NCBI GenBank assembly: GCA_035500505.1
Contig: DATJXE010000003.1
Coordinates: 70,921-134,920 of the forward strand
Source of the DNA: Minisyncoccota bacterium
GTDB taxonomy: Bacteria; Patescibacteriota; Minisyncoccia; Phycocordibacterales; UBA2100
Direction of reading: 5' to 3'
DNA length: 64,000 nt
Shown here: positions 28,309 through 37,991 of the stretch, in pieces
Layout of the letters: every line of letters begins with the position of its first letter
Numbering within the stretch: the stretch's first letter is position 1
Program-made: the position numbers and the translations under genes
Notes under the pieces: generated by a model
What the model was told of the DNA's origin: nothing
Databases searched by the model: none
What the model saw: the letters and a program-made list of their open reading frames with translations, nothing else

Positions 28309-28788
28309 TTACGTTCGATGCGGCCATTTCTTATACTCGTGCCAGACAAGCCAGAACATGCCGATGTCGAAGAACGTGAGCAGTATGAGCGGGATCGAAC
28401 CGGTCACCGAAATGCGGATTATCTGAAAGAGAATGAACAACCCCAGGAACGCCATTGCCGCCGGATACGCCCACGTGTAGTTGCGCCAGAGCGACACCGA
28501 GAGGAACGTCTTCACGAGCCCGTGCGCGATCAAATAAAGACCGCCCAGAACGAATGCTTCGTGTGATTGCGACGCGAGCGCGCGCAGGTGTGTGGCGAAG
28601 AAGCTGTCCGGGTCCTCAACGATCTCGTTGCGGGTAAGGAAAAAGGCCGCGCTGGCCAGCGTGGTGGTGAAGGGCGTAAACGTGAGAAGGGCGCCGAGTG
28701 CGACCTCGAGAACCCCATCAAGACCTTTGATAACGACGGTGAGGAGGAAGGCGTCATGAATGCGCTTTTCCTTGAAGTTCGAAGGCAT
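28309..28788 (-). CDS. DUF2127-like membrane protein
   Basis: KGLDGVLE, YLIAHGLVK, WAYP, LTFFD..WHEY. Confidence 0.75.
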   Translation of the reverse strand: MPSNFKEKRIHDAFLLTVVIKGLDGVLEVALGALLTFTPFTTTLASAAFFLTRNEIVEDPDSFFATHLRALASQSHEAFVLGGLYLIAHGLVKTFLSVSLWRNYTWAYPAAMAFLGLFILFQIIRISVTGSIPLILLTFFDIGMFWLVWHEYKKWPHRT

Positions 28789-28789
28789 A

Positions 28790-29485
28790 TCAGGGCAGAG
28801 GAACCGGGTCGGCATGGAACACCGCGAACGATTTCGGGAACCACTTTACGCAGAGGACGTAGATGGTGTAGGTGATGAAATACGCCGAAGCGACGTCTAT
28901 CGAATAGTGGTAATGTCCGACGAGAACGACGGCGGACATGTACAGCGACCACGCGAGAAATACATAGCGAAGAACTTTATCGCGCCAGAAAATGAGCGCC
29001 ATCAAAAAGCACACGCCGACGTGCCCCGAAAAGAACAGGTCGCCTCCGAAAAGAAAGTGCCCTATCAAAACGCCCCAATCGCCGTTGGGCGGCATAGACG
29101 GGAATGGCGCCAAGTGCGTGAGCGACGTGAAAGCGGAGCGGATGAAGTAGAACGTCCCGAGGGCAAACACCGTAAAAGGGACGCGTTTGGGATGCGCAAG
29201 AAGGAGGAGCGTGATGAACGCGACGAGGAGGAGCGTGCCATAGGCGAAAAGAGCGTCTACGTCGAACGCGCGAACATTAGAAAGCACGATGTCAGTCACC
29301 GAATTGCTCGCACTTTCGGTCGCGTAGTTGATGGCGTAAAAGGAAACGACCACGCTCGCCGCGAAATACAGGAGGGACAGGAGAACGGACATGCGGAATT
29401 CGCTTCGTGAATAATGCGTTCGATACCGGCGCATAAGTTCCCGATGCGGGGCACTGTGACGGTGAAGCGCGGTTTCGGAGGCCAT
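28790..29485 (-). CDS. Sphingomyelin-synthase/PAP2-like membrane phosphotransferase
   Basis: Multi-TM with GDLFFSGH and HYHYSIDV, resembling the SMS-family DxxFSGH and HYxxDV motifs. Confidence 0.75.
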   Translation of the reverse strand: MASETALHRHSAPHRELMRRYRTHYSRSEFRMSVLLSLLYFAASVVVSFYAINYATESASNSVTDIVLSNVRAFDVDALFAYGTLLLVAFITLLLLAHPKRVPFTVFALGTFYFIRSAFTSLTHLAPFPSMPPNGDWGVLIGHFLFGGDLFFSGHVGVCFLMALIFWRDKVLRYVFLAWSLYMSAVVLVGHYHYSIDVASAYFITYTIYVLCVKWFPKSFAVFHADPVPLP

Positions 29486-29534
29486 AGGAAGACTTATTTA
29501 GTATACTAAGCCTCAAGTCAGGAATAGCAATGAT

Positions 29535-30044
29535 ATGCAGGACGCAACCTTACGGGCAATCATGGCATGCGCAGTGTTCGCTGTGGCTGGGATCGTTGCA
29601 TTTCTTTACTTCCCGCGCGCGAACGAAAGCCTCCTTTTGGCGGGATATTACGCGGTACTTGTTCTAAATACATTCCTTTCGATCAAGGCGTTCGCCGCCA
29701 TAACGCCGAAAAATATCGTTCAGTCGCTCTTTGACGCCGCCCTCGTACTTACCTACATCGCGCTCGCGTTCTCGCTCGGCTCCGTGTTGCAGTTTTCCGT
29801 CGTTTCGTGGATTCTTTTTGTTCTTGCCAATGCCAAGTATGCGCATCTTGAACGCCTCGTTCCCCAAAAAGAGTTCCTGCGGCACAAGATGCGTATCAAC
29901 TGGCTCGGGGCGCTGTTGTCGGCAGGGGCTTTCGTTATAGCCGCATTCGGCTTCCCTATCCCGGCCGCGTGGGCGCTCTTCTGTCTCTATGGGCTCGCCA
30001 ATATCTATCTCCTCGGCATCGACCCGATGTACCGGATCAGGTAA
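29535..30044 (+). CDS. Hypothetical multi-TM membrane protein
   Basis: About six hydrophobic segments. Confidence 0.65.
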   Translation: MQDATLRAIMACAVFAVAGIVAFLYFPRANESLLLAGYYAVLVLNTFLSIKAFAAITPKNIVQSLFDAALVLTYIALAFSLGSVLQFSVVSWILFVLANAKYAHLERLVPQKEFLRHKMRINWLGALLSAGAFVIAAFGFPIPAAWALFCLYGLANIYLLGIDPMYRIR

Positions 30045-31077
30045 TTCGCGAACCTTGCGACTCGAGTACCGAAAGAAAACGTTCCGCCGACGTACGCCAA
30101 TTGAAATGGCGGACGGAATCGCGGCACACTTCTTTTGAAAGACCGAGACATTTCACTGCAGCTCGCGAGAGGTCTTCGTCGAGATACCCATTGACGCCGT
30201 CTCGGATCATTTCCCTGGGTCCGATCACGTCGTGCGCCGCGACGGGGATGCCGAGCGCGAGGCACTCCGCAGTGGCAAGTCCGAACGTCTCGGTGCGCGA
30301 GGGCATGACCATCACATCCGCGCATGAGCACCAGTCTACGAGGGCACTGTTCTTTTTATATCCGACGAATTTCGCGGACGGATAGAGCGTTTCTAGTTTC
30401 TTGCGCTCCGGACCATCGCCGACGATAAGTTTCGTCCCTGGCAAGTCGAGTGCGAGGAATTCCTCGATGCTCTTTTCCGACGAGACCCGGCCCATGTAGA
30501 GGAATACGGGCTTCTCGAGTTCCGAAGGGCATGTGCCGCGACCGAAAAACATCTCATTGACGCCGAGCGGGCGCACGAAGATACGCTTGAGTCCGAACTG
30601 AAGCAACTCCTCGCGCATTACTTCCGTCGAGACGAGCGTGCACACCGCTTTGCTGTGGAACCACACGATGATGCGGATCAAAATACTTACCATGAAATCG
30701 CCGACCCATTTTTGCGCATAGAGATGATGCTGGCCATGGAGCGATGTCGTGAACGGAATGCCGAATTTCAGGCATGTGCGGCGGGCGTAAAGCCCAAGAA
30801 ACGCTTCCGTTTCGATATGGATATAGTCGTAGTTGCCTGTGAGAATTTTTCTTCGAATGGACCCGCCCGCGAATATGGCGAGGCGCATTTCGGGATAGAA
30901 CGGCAAGAACGGAATGGTAAAAAATTGGCTTGGCTCGAACACGTCTACTGTGTGCCCCATCTGCTCGAGCTCTTTTTTGAGGTTGGAGACGACCGTCGCG
31001 ACCCCGTTGGGATGCGTGAACCACAAGTCGGTGACGAAGAGTATCCGAAGTGGCCGTCCACCCATACGAGTGTCCAT
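30037..31077 (-). CDS. GT4 glycosyltransferase
   Basis: VTDLWFTHPNGV, YMGRVSSEK, PSRTETFGL..E; start moved to 31077. Confidence 0.9.
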   Translation of the reverse strand: MDTRMGGRPLRILFVTDLWFTHPNGVATVVSNLKKELEQMGHTVDVFEPSQFFTIPFLPFYPEMRLAIFAGGSIRRKILTGNYDYIHIETEAFLGLYARRTCLKFGIPFTTSLHGQHHLYAQKWVGDFMVSILIRIIVWFHSKAVCTLVSTEVMREELLQFGLKRIFVRPLGVNEMFFGRGTCPSELEKPVFLYMGRVSSEKSIEEFLALDLPGTKLIVGDGPERKKLETLYPSAKFVGYKKNSALVDWCSCADVMVMPSRTETFGLATAECLALGIPVAAHDVIGPREMIRDGVNGYLDEDLSRAAVKCLGLSKEVCRDSVRHFNWRTSAERFLSVLESQGSRIT

Positions 31078-31105
31078 GCTACCACGATGTGTATACTCTA
31101 GGGAT

Positions 31106-31690
31106 ATGACGGTCGCGATCGTATTGCAGTTCGTCCAGCAGTACGGATACTTCATCATCACGCCAGCCGCATTTTTGCTGGGGCCGGTGGTCGGTTTGGT
31201 ATGCGGATTTTTGCTCAAAACAGGTACGCTTTCGCTCATTCCGACCTGCATCGCGCTCGTCATCGGCGAACTTGGGGGCGACGCTTTTTGGTATTGGCTT
31301 GGGTTGTACTATGGCGAAGCTGTCGTTCACGGTCCAGGAAAGTATGTTGGCATAACGCCAGAAGGAGTCGAACGCGCGAAAGCCCTATTTCGGCACAACC
31401 ACGACCGCATCGTGTTCATTTCCAAAATAACCGGAGGCTTCGGATTTTCGACGGCGATATTCTTTACGGCAGGGCTCTCTCGCATCGCCTTCGCGCGGTA
31501 TATTTGGATCAATGCAACAGGCCAGGCGGTGTGGATGGCCGGGCTTTTGGGGGTCGGATATTTTTTCGGTCAGTGGATCACCTCCGTCAATAATGTGTTC
31601 GACGCGCTTACCGCCTTTGGAACGCTTATTATGGTTATTCTGTGCTTCTGGGGATTCGGAAGGTACTTGCGGCGGCGAATGAGCGAATAG
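31106..31690 (+). CDS. DedA family membrane protein
   Basis: GELGGDAFWYWLG, FISKITGG, FARYIWINA. Confidence 0.85.
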   Translation: MTVAIVLQFVQQYGYFIITPAAFLLGPVVGLVCGFLLKTGTLSLIPTCIALVIGELGGDAFWYWLGLYYGEAVVHGPGKYVGITPEGVERAKALFRHNHDRIVFISKITGGFGFSTAIFFTAGLSRIAFARYIWINATGQAVWMAGLLGVGYFFGQWITSVNNVFDALTAFGTLIMVILCFWGFGRYLRRRMSE

Positions 31691-31692
31691 CT

Positions 31693-32715
31693 ATGATACG
31701 CAAACTGGCCATCGTCACCGACGGTTGGTACCCGGTCGTTGATGGCGTGGTGCGTACGATCGAAGCGAGGAAAAAAGAGCTCGAGAAACGAGGCATCGAG
31801 GTGACCGTCATCAATCCGAATCTTTTTCAGAACATTCGGATGCCGTTCGACCACCAGGTGCGCATGGCGCTGTTCCCACGAGCGCGGATGCGAACTTTGC
31901 TTGCGTCAGGAAATTTCGACGCGATACACATCGAGACAGAGGGGCCTCTTGGCTCTGCGGCGCGAGCTGCATGTCGCAAGCTTAAATTTCCTTACACAAC
32001 AGCGCACCACACCAACCTCGCGCTCTATATACGCATCAAGATAATGCCCGGACTCGACTGGCTCGTCTACGCATATCTTAGCAGGTTCCACAGGAACGCT
32101 ACCCGGATGATGGTCTCGACGGAAACCTTGCGACAAAACCTCATATCGCACGGGTTCAAAAACGACATTGTTGTTGTGCCGCTCGGCGTCGACACGGAAC
32201 TTTTCAGGCCACGCCCGGAAGAGCCGTCGCTTCCCTATCCAAAGCCCATCTTCACCTACATGGGGCGGGTGGCGCCGGAGAAGAGCGTCCGGGAATTTCT
32301 CGAGCTCGACTTGGCCGGAACAAAACTCGTCATCGGTGACGGTGAGGACAAAGAGAGGTTCGAAAAGGAATTCCCAGATGCGGTATTCACGGGGCTCAAA
32401 GAGGGGGAAGAACTCGCGAAACTTCTGGCCGGCTCGGACGTTTTCGTCTTCCCCTCCCGCACCGAGACCTTCGGTCTCACCATACTCGAAGCCCTTGCCT
32501 GCGGCGTACCTGCCGCAGTCTACGATTGCATGGGCTCCCGCGACGTAGTCACGAATGGGGTCGACGGCTACCTCTCTGAAGATCTCAAAGACGCGGCACA
32601 AAAAGCCCTCAAACTCTCGCGTGAAAAATGCCGCGAAAAAGCACTGCAATATACGTGGCCAAAATCTGTCGACATATTTCTTGAAAACCTCGCGCCGATC
32701 TCGCGCCAAAACTAA
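31693..32715 (+). CDS. GT4 glycosyltransferase (paralog of 30037-31077)
   Basis: VTDGWYPVVDGVV, YMGRVAPEK, FPSRTETFGLTILEA. Confidence 0.92.
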   Translation: MIRKLAIVTDGWYPVVDGVVRTIEARKKELEKRGIEVTVINPNLFQNIRMPFDHQVRMALFPRARMRTLLASGNFDAIHIETEGPLGSAARAACRKLKFPYTTAHHTNLALYIRIKIMPGLDWLVYAYLSRFHRNATRMMVSTETLRQNLISHGFKNDIVVVPLGVDTELFRPRPEEPSLPYPKPIFTYMGRVAPEKSVREFLELDLAGTKLVIGDGEDKERFEKEFPDAVFTGLKEGEELAKLLAGSDVFVFPSRTETFGLTILEALACGVPAAVYDCMGSRDVVTNGVDGYLSEDLKDAAQKALKLSREKCREKALQYTWPKSVDIFLENLAPISRQN

Positions 32716-33770
32716 AACTCTCCTTTCTTTGCTGCAAGGGCCGTCAACGCCCCGTCGATGAGTTGTGTGTACTCCTTGGGCTGGTCATAAAATCGCGTAT
32801 GGTGGCCTTTTACGGAATAGAAACCGTCGACGACCTTTGTTATGTCTTCGTCGGGCGATAACTTCTGCGACGCGAGGCTTCCTTGTTTTTCCATCAGCAC
32901 CTTTCCGTTTTCCCCGGCCAGCACCTCCCCTGCTTCGTTCTTTGAGACTTCTCCGGTCATGACTTCCGCACGGAACATTTCGTCTTCCGGGCTTTGCACA
33001 ATCACAATTCCAATGCCTTTTTCCTTGACCTTTCGCAAAAGATCGATAACTCTCACGTTCGCTATCGAATATAACTCCTTCACGACCTGTATCGGATGCT
33101 GCGTGATCTCTTTGCTTAGATCAAGGATGACAGAATCTTCCGGGTGAATGTCCCATTGATATCCAGGGTCGCCGCGCTTGTATGCTTCGTGCGCTTTGTT
33201 CATCGAGGGAACATCCTTGAGCTGATTCCGCCAAATTACCTGCACGAGAGATTCATTCGGATTCATTCCTGCCGGTTCTATAAGAACGATATTCCTGAAG
33301 CGTTCGGGGTATGCGTACGCCGCCAAAACGAGGTCGATGCAACCCTTCGAGTGCGCAACCGCGTCGGCTTTTTCGACGTGGGCCCCGTCGAGTGCGGCGG
33401 ACATTGCAGCGACCTTCCGATACTCCGGGTCCATCGCCCGTTTGTCCAGGTTCGTTTCGTTCGGGTCATAATCGACCCCATGAGAACCGTCGACAACAAG
33501 TGTCCGCCTTCCGAGCGTGTAAAGCTCGCGCATATTTTTCTTCCACAATTCTGCCGTTCCCGTAAACCCGCTCACCAAAAGCGTCGGCACCGGAGTTTTC
33601 TCATGTTCCGGACGCATGTCGTACAAGTCGATCTTCTCGCCAAGCGGCGTGGTTATCTCTTGCGGGTGCTTCCACTGCTCGCTGAATTTTGCATCTTCTG
33701 GCGCGCGTTCGTCCGCCCTTTTTTGCTCTTCTTCAGGCGTTCGTTTCGGGTACAGCTGCTCAAAGCGCAT
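32712..33770 (-). CDS. Alpha/beta hydrolase
   Basis: LVSGFTG, nucleophile elbow AHSKG, C-terminal GHH. Confidence 0.75.
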   Translation of the reverse strand: MRFEQLYPKRTPEEEQKRADERAPEDAKFSEQWKHPQEITTPLGEKIDLYDMRPEHEKTPVPTLLVSGFTGTAELWKKNMRELYTLGRRTLVVDGSHGVDYDPNETNLDKRAMDPEYRKVAAMSAALDGAHVEKADAVAHSKGCIDLVLAAYAYPERFRNIVLIEPAGMNPNESLVQVIWRNQLKDVPSMNKAHEAYKRGDPGYQWDIHPEDSVILDLSKEITQHPIQVVKELYSIANVRVIDLLRKVKEKGIGIVIVQSPEDEMFRAEVMTGEVSKNEAGEVLAGENGKVLMEKQGSLASQKLSPDEDITKVVDGFYSVKGHHTRFYDQPKEYTQLIDGALTALAAKKGEF

Positions 33771-33884
33771 GACCAAAGTCTAGCATCGTTTTCAACCTCA
33801 ACGTTCATTTGACTCTCACGTCATTACAGATAGTCTTACAGAAGCTTCACAGAAATACCTAACCATTGGCAACAGGAGGGCCCG

Positions 33885-34091
33885 ATGACAGTGAAATCTT
33901 GGCATGATGCCCAGCACGCTGCGGCCATACGTTTTTTTCTCGTTTCAGTTGTGATTGCGATCGCGCTCAGCCTTGCGGCGTACGTTGTCGCGGGTACCGA
34001 AATTGCCCGTGGGATCTTTTTGCTCATCTTTACAGCAATCGTGGGAATCACGATGATCTGGCTCTTCATCACCACGCCAAGTCCGCGCTAA
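33885..34091 (+). CDS. Small two-TM protein
   Basis: SD CAGGAGG upstream; two hydrophobic helices. Confidence 0.55.
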   Translation: MTVKSWHDAQHAAAIRFFLVSVVIAIALSLAAYVVAGTEIARGIFLLIFTAIVGITMIWLFITTPSPR

Positions 34092-34101
34092 CCGCTTCAC
34101 T

Positions 34102-34154
34102 GAAGAAGAACCGACCTTGTCGGAAAACCTCTTCGGCGGGGCGGTTCTTCTTTT
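34102..34154. terminator. Hairpin between convergent genes
   Basis: AAGAAGAACCG...CGGTTCTTCTT. Confidence 0.55.
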
Positions 34155-34965
34155 AATTTGGCAAATCCTTCAAAAAAGAATTCATTATTCCCGCGATCTC
34201 GTCCGGGTAGTTGAGTGGCATGACGTGACTGCCGTGCGGGAGGACGACGAGCTTTGCGTTGGGCAGCGTGCTCGCGAGTCGGCGGATCTGCGCGACAGGC
34301 GAGATGATGTCATGCTCGCCATGGATGAGGAGGATGGGGACTTTCACGTCCTGCCACCATGCATCGAAATCGCGCTTGTAGAGATTGTCGAGGCAGAAAA
34401 GATACACATGGAGCGTCGTGTTCGGAATTTCGCGCAACATAAGTTTCGGGCTCAAGTCCCACACGCGCCCGAGGCTCTTGTAGTCGGTATGTTTGCCGGG
34501 TTTATTCGAGTAACTGAACAAACCGGCGATTTTGGCGCATCCCGCGACGAATGCTTCTGAAATGCGCGTGAGTAATATTTTCTTCGTGCCGTAGAGCGGA
34601 TTGAGAAAGATCGCTGCCACCGCGCCTGGGCGCTCCTTCAAGAGGATGAGCATGATGAGGCAACTCAACGAACTTGAAACTGGAATGTATTTTTCGACGC
34701 CGAGGTGCGTGAGAAGCGCATCGATATCTCCTGTCATCTCCTCGATGCGGTAATCTTCGTAGCGGCCGGGCTTGCGTGATCTGCCGTGCCCGCGCAGATC
34801 AGGCGAGACGATGTTGTAGGCGCCTTCGAAATGCGGCTCATACGGCAGCCACACCGCCGAGCTCGGCGTGAGGCCGTGAACAAATACGAGGGTTGTCCTA
34901 TCCGACCGTATCTCGCTCGAGCGATAGTAGATGCCGCGTTCCTCGAAAAAATGTTCCTGCAGCAT
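34153..34965 (-). CDS. Alpha/beta hydrolase (degenerate nucleophile motif)
   Basis: FVHGL, DLRGHGRS, SSSLS in place of GxSxG, HGEHD, GSH. Confidence 0.85.
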   Translation of the reverse strand: MLQEHFFEERGIYYRSSEIRSDRTTLVFVHGLTPSSAVWLPYEPHFEGAYNIVSPDLRGHGRSRKPGRYEDYRIEEMTGDIDALLTHLGVEKYIPVSSSLSCLIMLILLKERPGAVAAIFLNPLYGTKKILLTRISEAFVAGCAKIAGLFSYSNKPGKHTDYKSLGRVWDLSPKLMLREIPNTTLHVYLFCLDNLYKRDFDAWWQDVKVPILLIHGEHDIISPVAQIRRLASTLPNAKLVVLPHGSHVMPLNYPDEIAGIMNSFLKDLPN

Positions 34966-34973
34966 ATTCTTCT

Positions 34974-35049
34974 TGGGGCGATCGTCGGGAATCGAACCCG
35001 AATTGAGAGCTCCACAAGCTCCAGTGTTGACCGTTACACCACGATCGCC
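34974..35049 (-). tRNA. tRNA-His(GTG)
   Basis: Cloverleaf, loop TT-GTG-GA, G-1:C73, encoded CCA. Confidence 0.95.
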
Positions 35050-35096
35050 ATCACAGTAGGGGCGAGTGTAGCACGTTTGGAACGCGATTACATTCC

Positions 35097-35462
35097 CTAC
35101 ATCGAGGCCAATTCCCTCGAACCAAACCCCGCCCAGAGCGCGACAAGCGCGACCAAAAGGTTGAGCAGATTGTCGGCGAAATTCACCACCATAAGCCCGA
35201 GAACGGAACTCCCCTCGATGAATCCCAAGACGGTGATGAGCGCATACACGATACCGAACACCTTGAAGTAGAGCCGCATGCGGGATTCGTCTTGTCTTGC
35301 CGCCAGTATGGCGAGCGCGCCGGTCGCGATGTAGACGACACTACTCATCGTATCCACGGCGAACACGCCGAATAAAAATCCGCCCGACGTGTCGAGCGGG
35401 ATGAGTCCCAGCACCCCTATAACGAGGAGAACAACGCCGAATATCCATGCCATTCTTTTCAT
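35097..35462 (-). CDS. DUF4383-like membrane protein
   Basis: Four TM; FGIVYALITVLGF, VNFADNLL. Confidence 0.7.
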   Translation of the reverse strand: MKRMAWIFGVVLLVIGVLGLIPLDTSGGFLFGVFAVDTMSSVVYIATGALAILAARQDESRMRLYFKVFGIVYALITVLGFIEGSSVLGLMVVNFADNLLNLLVALVALWAGFGSRELASM

Positions 35463-35553
35463 AAGATTTTTGGGAGTGAAGTGAGCGTCTAAATCTGGCC
35501 GTTCACACCATTGTGCTGCGCGCATCCGATGCGTCAAGCGCTCACGGTGGATT

Positions 35554-36657
35554 CTACTTGACTATCGTGGTCGAGGGCGATGAGGTGGCGACGTCCACGA
35601 CCGTGAACGAAACGCGTCCTATTAGAGCCCCGTATTGGGTTACCACGTCGACACGCCACTTGCCGGGTGCGGGATCGAGGAGTTGCGAGTAGCCCTCGTA
35701 GCCGCCATCGCGTCCTCCCTGGATCGGATATTCGATGGTCGCTCTCGTCACCCACGTTCCGCTGGAAGCATCGTAGTAGCGCCACTCGTGCAATATCTGT
35801 GTCGAAAGTCCCGAGGGTGCGAATACCGACGTGTACACGTACACCCTTCCTCCAGGCGTCTCATGGAACACGCTCGGCAGAGGAAGGATGGCGTCGTACC
35901 AAGGTTCTTCTTCCCCGACGAGCGTATACGTGCCCGCGGACGCATCGCGCACGACGCTGTGGTAGACGCCCGCGTCCTTGAGCGAGAGTGGCAGAGGCGG
36001 GATCGCGTTGGTGAAGTAGAGGACGTTGAACAGGACGTAGATGACGGCTATCGCGCGAGCCGTCACGGTCAGCTGCCCCTTCGTTTCGGGGACCACGCGG
36101 GTAAGGAGCGCGATGAAAAGCGCGACGAGCGCGAGCGCGCAGGCACCGCTCGCGGCGAACATCCACGGACCGATGGCGTGGAAGACGACCGGCAAGAAGA
36201 AAATGAAGAACGAGAAGAGCGTCGTGAAGAGAATGGACAGCTGCACCGGCACGCGCACGTAGAAACGCAGAAAACGCTCGTTGCCTAAGAGAAGCGCTGC
36301 GACGAGTATCACAAATATCCAGCTCGCGGCATAATCGGCGCTCCGTGAGTAGAGCGAGAGGAATCCGCTGAAAAGCCCACCGAAGGCGAATTGCACGACC
36401 ACAGGAATGATAGGCGCAGCATCGACCCAGAACTTTTGCCGCAAGCGCCCCGTTTCGATGAGGTTGATAAGAATGATGCCGGCGCTCGAAACGACGAGAT
36501 AAAAAATGAAAAGCGCGTCGGTTGTCCAAAGGTCGACTCGGCGCAAAAGGATTAGGTTGTCGGAAACGAAACCGGCAACGAGCGAAAGCGGCGAGACATA
36601 CCGCTCGTACCAATGCACGAGTTCTTTCACATTTTTGGGAAGATACTGGCGTATCAT
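35554..36657 (-). CDS. DUF5924/DUF2914-like membrane protein
   Basis: QFAFGGLFS, IPPLPLSLKD, GGRDGGY, GKWRVDV. Confidence 0.75.
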   Translation of the reverse strand: MIRQYLPKNVKELVHWYERYVSPLSLVAGFVSDNLILLRRVDLWTTDALFIFYLVVSSAGIILINLIETGRLRQKFWVDAAPIIPVVVQFAFGGLFSGFLSLYSRSADYAASWIFVILVAALLLGNERFLRFYVRVPVQLSILFTTLFSFFIFFLPVVFHAIGPWMFAASGACALALVALFIALLTRVVPETKGQLTVTARAIAVIYVLFNVLYFTNAIPPLPLSLKDAGVYHSVVRDASAGTYTLVGEEEPWYDAILPLPSVFHETPGGRVYVYTSVFAPSGLSTQILHEWRYYDASSGTWVTRATIEYPIQGGRDGGYEGYSQLLDPAPGKWRVDVVTQYGALIGRVSFTVVDVATSSPSTTIVK

Positions 36658-36681
36658 CCGCGCATCATAACAAACTTCGCT

Positions 36682-36837
36682 GTGCGCAGGGGGAGACTCG
36701 GTCACGCGTCGTTTTCTGCTGAAAACGCGCGCGGCCCCGACTCGCGCCGTCGCGCTCCGTCTTTCGAGTCTCTGCTCCCAACGCAAAACGTGTCCGCAAG
36801 GGACACGTTTTGCGTTGGGTGCGCAGGGGGAGACTCG
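36682..36837 (-). repeat. 19-bp duplication of tRNA-Leu 3' end enclosing a structured insert
   Basis: GTGCGCAGGGGGAGACTCG at 36682-36700 and 36819-36837; 19-bp perfect hairpin at 36777-36819. Confidence 0.85.
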
Positions 36838-36903
36838 AACTCCCATGCCCTTGCGGGCGCTACCACCTCAAGGTAGTACGTCTACCAATTTCGCCACCTG
36901 CGC
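36820..36903 (-). tRNA. tRNA-Leu(GAG)
   Basis: Cloverleaf with long variable arm; loop TT-GAG-GT. Confidence 0.95.
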
Positions 36904-36937
36904 GTTCGATAAATATACGGCGAGGCGCAAAGAAAAG

Positions 36938-37411
36938 CTACTCGCTTTTCTCCACGGCCTTCTCGTCCGTCGGTGCGGTCATCTCCTCGACGATCATCTC
37001 TTTCTCCGCTTCCGTTTCCTTGGCAAAATCTGCGGGGACGCCTTCCGCTTCGGTGGCTCCGACCATGCGCGTGCGGCGCAACTGACGACGCGCTTCGCGC
37101 GCGACTTTTTCGCGGATGTAGTAGAGCTTGGCGCGGCGGACGCTCGAGCGCTTCACCACTTCTATTTTGTCTATCATCGGCGAGTAGAGCGGGAACACTT
37201 TTTCGACGCCAACGCCGGAGAGCGTGCGGCGCACGGTGAATGTGCCGCCCGCTTCGGTGCCGTGCTTGCGAGCCAAGACGAGCCCTTCGAATATTTGGAT
37301 GCGGTACTTCCCTTTTTCCTCGATCTTTTGGTGCACACGCACCGTGTCCCCCGGCCGAAGGTCGAGGTTCTTTCGCATGTCCATGTCTATCGGTGATATC
37401 GTGATCGCCAT
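36938..37411 (-). CDS. rplS: 50S ribosomal protein bL19
   Basis: [35 protein letters not shown]. Confidence 0.97.
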   Translation of the reverse strand: MAITISPIDMDMRKNLDLRPGDTVRVHQKIEEKGKYRIQIFEGLVLARKHGTEAGGTFTVRRTLSGVGVEKVFPLYSPMIDKIEVVKRSSVRRAKLYYIREKVAREARRQLRRTRMVGATEAEGVPADFAKETEAEKEMIVEEMTAPTDEKAVEKSE

Positions 37412-37483
37412 ACTTTTGTCGCGGCACTATAGCACTCTCATGCCGCAAATTCAACTCTTCGCACGCGTCGCTCGCCCATTTTG

Positions 37484-37555
37484 TGCACCCTGAGAGATTT
37501 GAACTCCCGACCTTCGCTGTGTAAAAGCGCTGCTCTACCACTGAGCTAAGGGTGC
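37484..37555 (-). tRNA. tRNA-Val(TAC)
   Basis: GCACCCT acceptor, loop TT-TAC-AC. Confidence 0.93.
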
Positions 37556-37557
37556 CC

Positions 37558-37629
37558 TCCCCTCGGTTGGAATCGAACCAACATCAACGGCTTAGAAGTC
37601 CGCCGCACTATCCATTGTGCTACGAGGGG
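37558..37629 (-). tRNA. tRNA-Arg(TCT)
   Basis: CCCCTCG acceptor, loop CT-TCT-AA; A-G mismatch at base of anticodon stem. Confidence 0.88.
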
Positions 37630-37661
37630 ACACTAAATGTAACCCGAAACCGAGGCCCTTT

Positions 37662-37991
37662 CTACTTCGACGGGTCCGCGACCTGCGGCGCGGGCGACTG
37701 CAGGATGGACTGGTACTGTGCCTGTCGCGCGGATAACGTGCCGAGTTCGCTTCGCAGTTTTGCGGGATCCAACGGCGGCGGTGCAGAAGTGGGCGCTTGG
37801 ACCGAATTCTCTGCCTGGGTCACTGCCGACATTTCATGCACTCCCAGAAGCACCGAGGAGAGAAGTGCAAGAAACGCGATGACGAGAAGGGTGCGCCAGA
37901 GCAGTTCGCCGAGCGCGTGGATATTCTCCGGCTCGCTCCGATAGCTCCAGACCTCCTTGACGCGCGACAATGAGAAAAAGTCGAAGGTCAT
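37662..37991 (-). CDS. Membrane-anchored protein, fourth gene of pilM operon
   Basis: One TM, C-terminal DPS; overlaps upstream stop. Confidence 0.6.
   Translation of the reverse strand: MTFDFFSLSRVKEVWSYRSEPENIHALGELLWRTLLVIAFLALLSSVLLGVHEMSAVTQAENSVQAPTSAPPPLDPAKLRSELGTLSARQAQYQSILQSPAPQVADPSK

Noticed and set aside
37558-37629. tRNA-Arg(TCT) as a pseudogene because of an A-G pair in the anticodon stem
   Set aside because: All other arms are canonical; a single mismatch is tolerated
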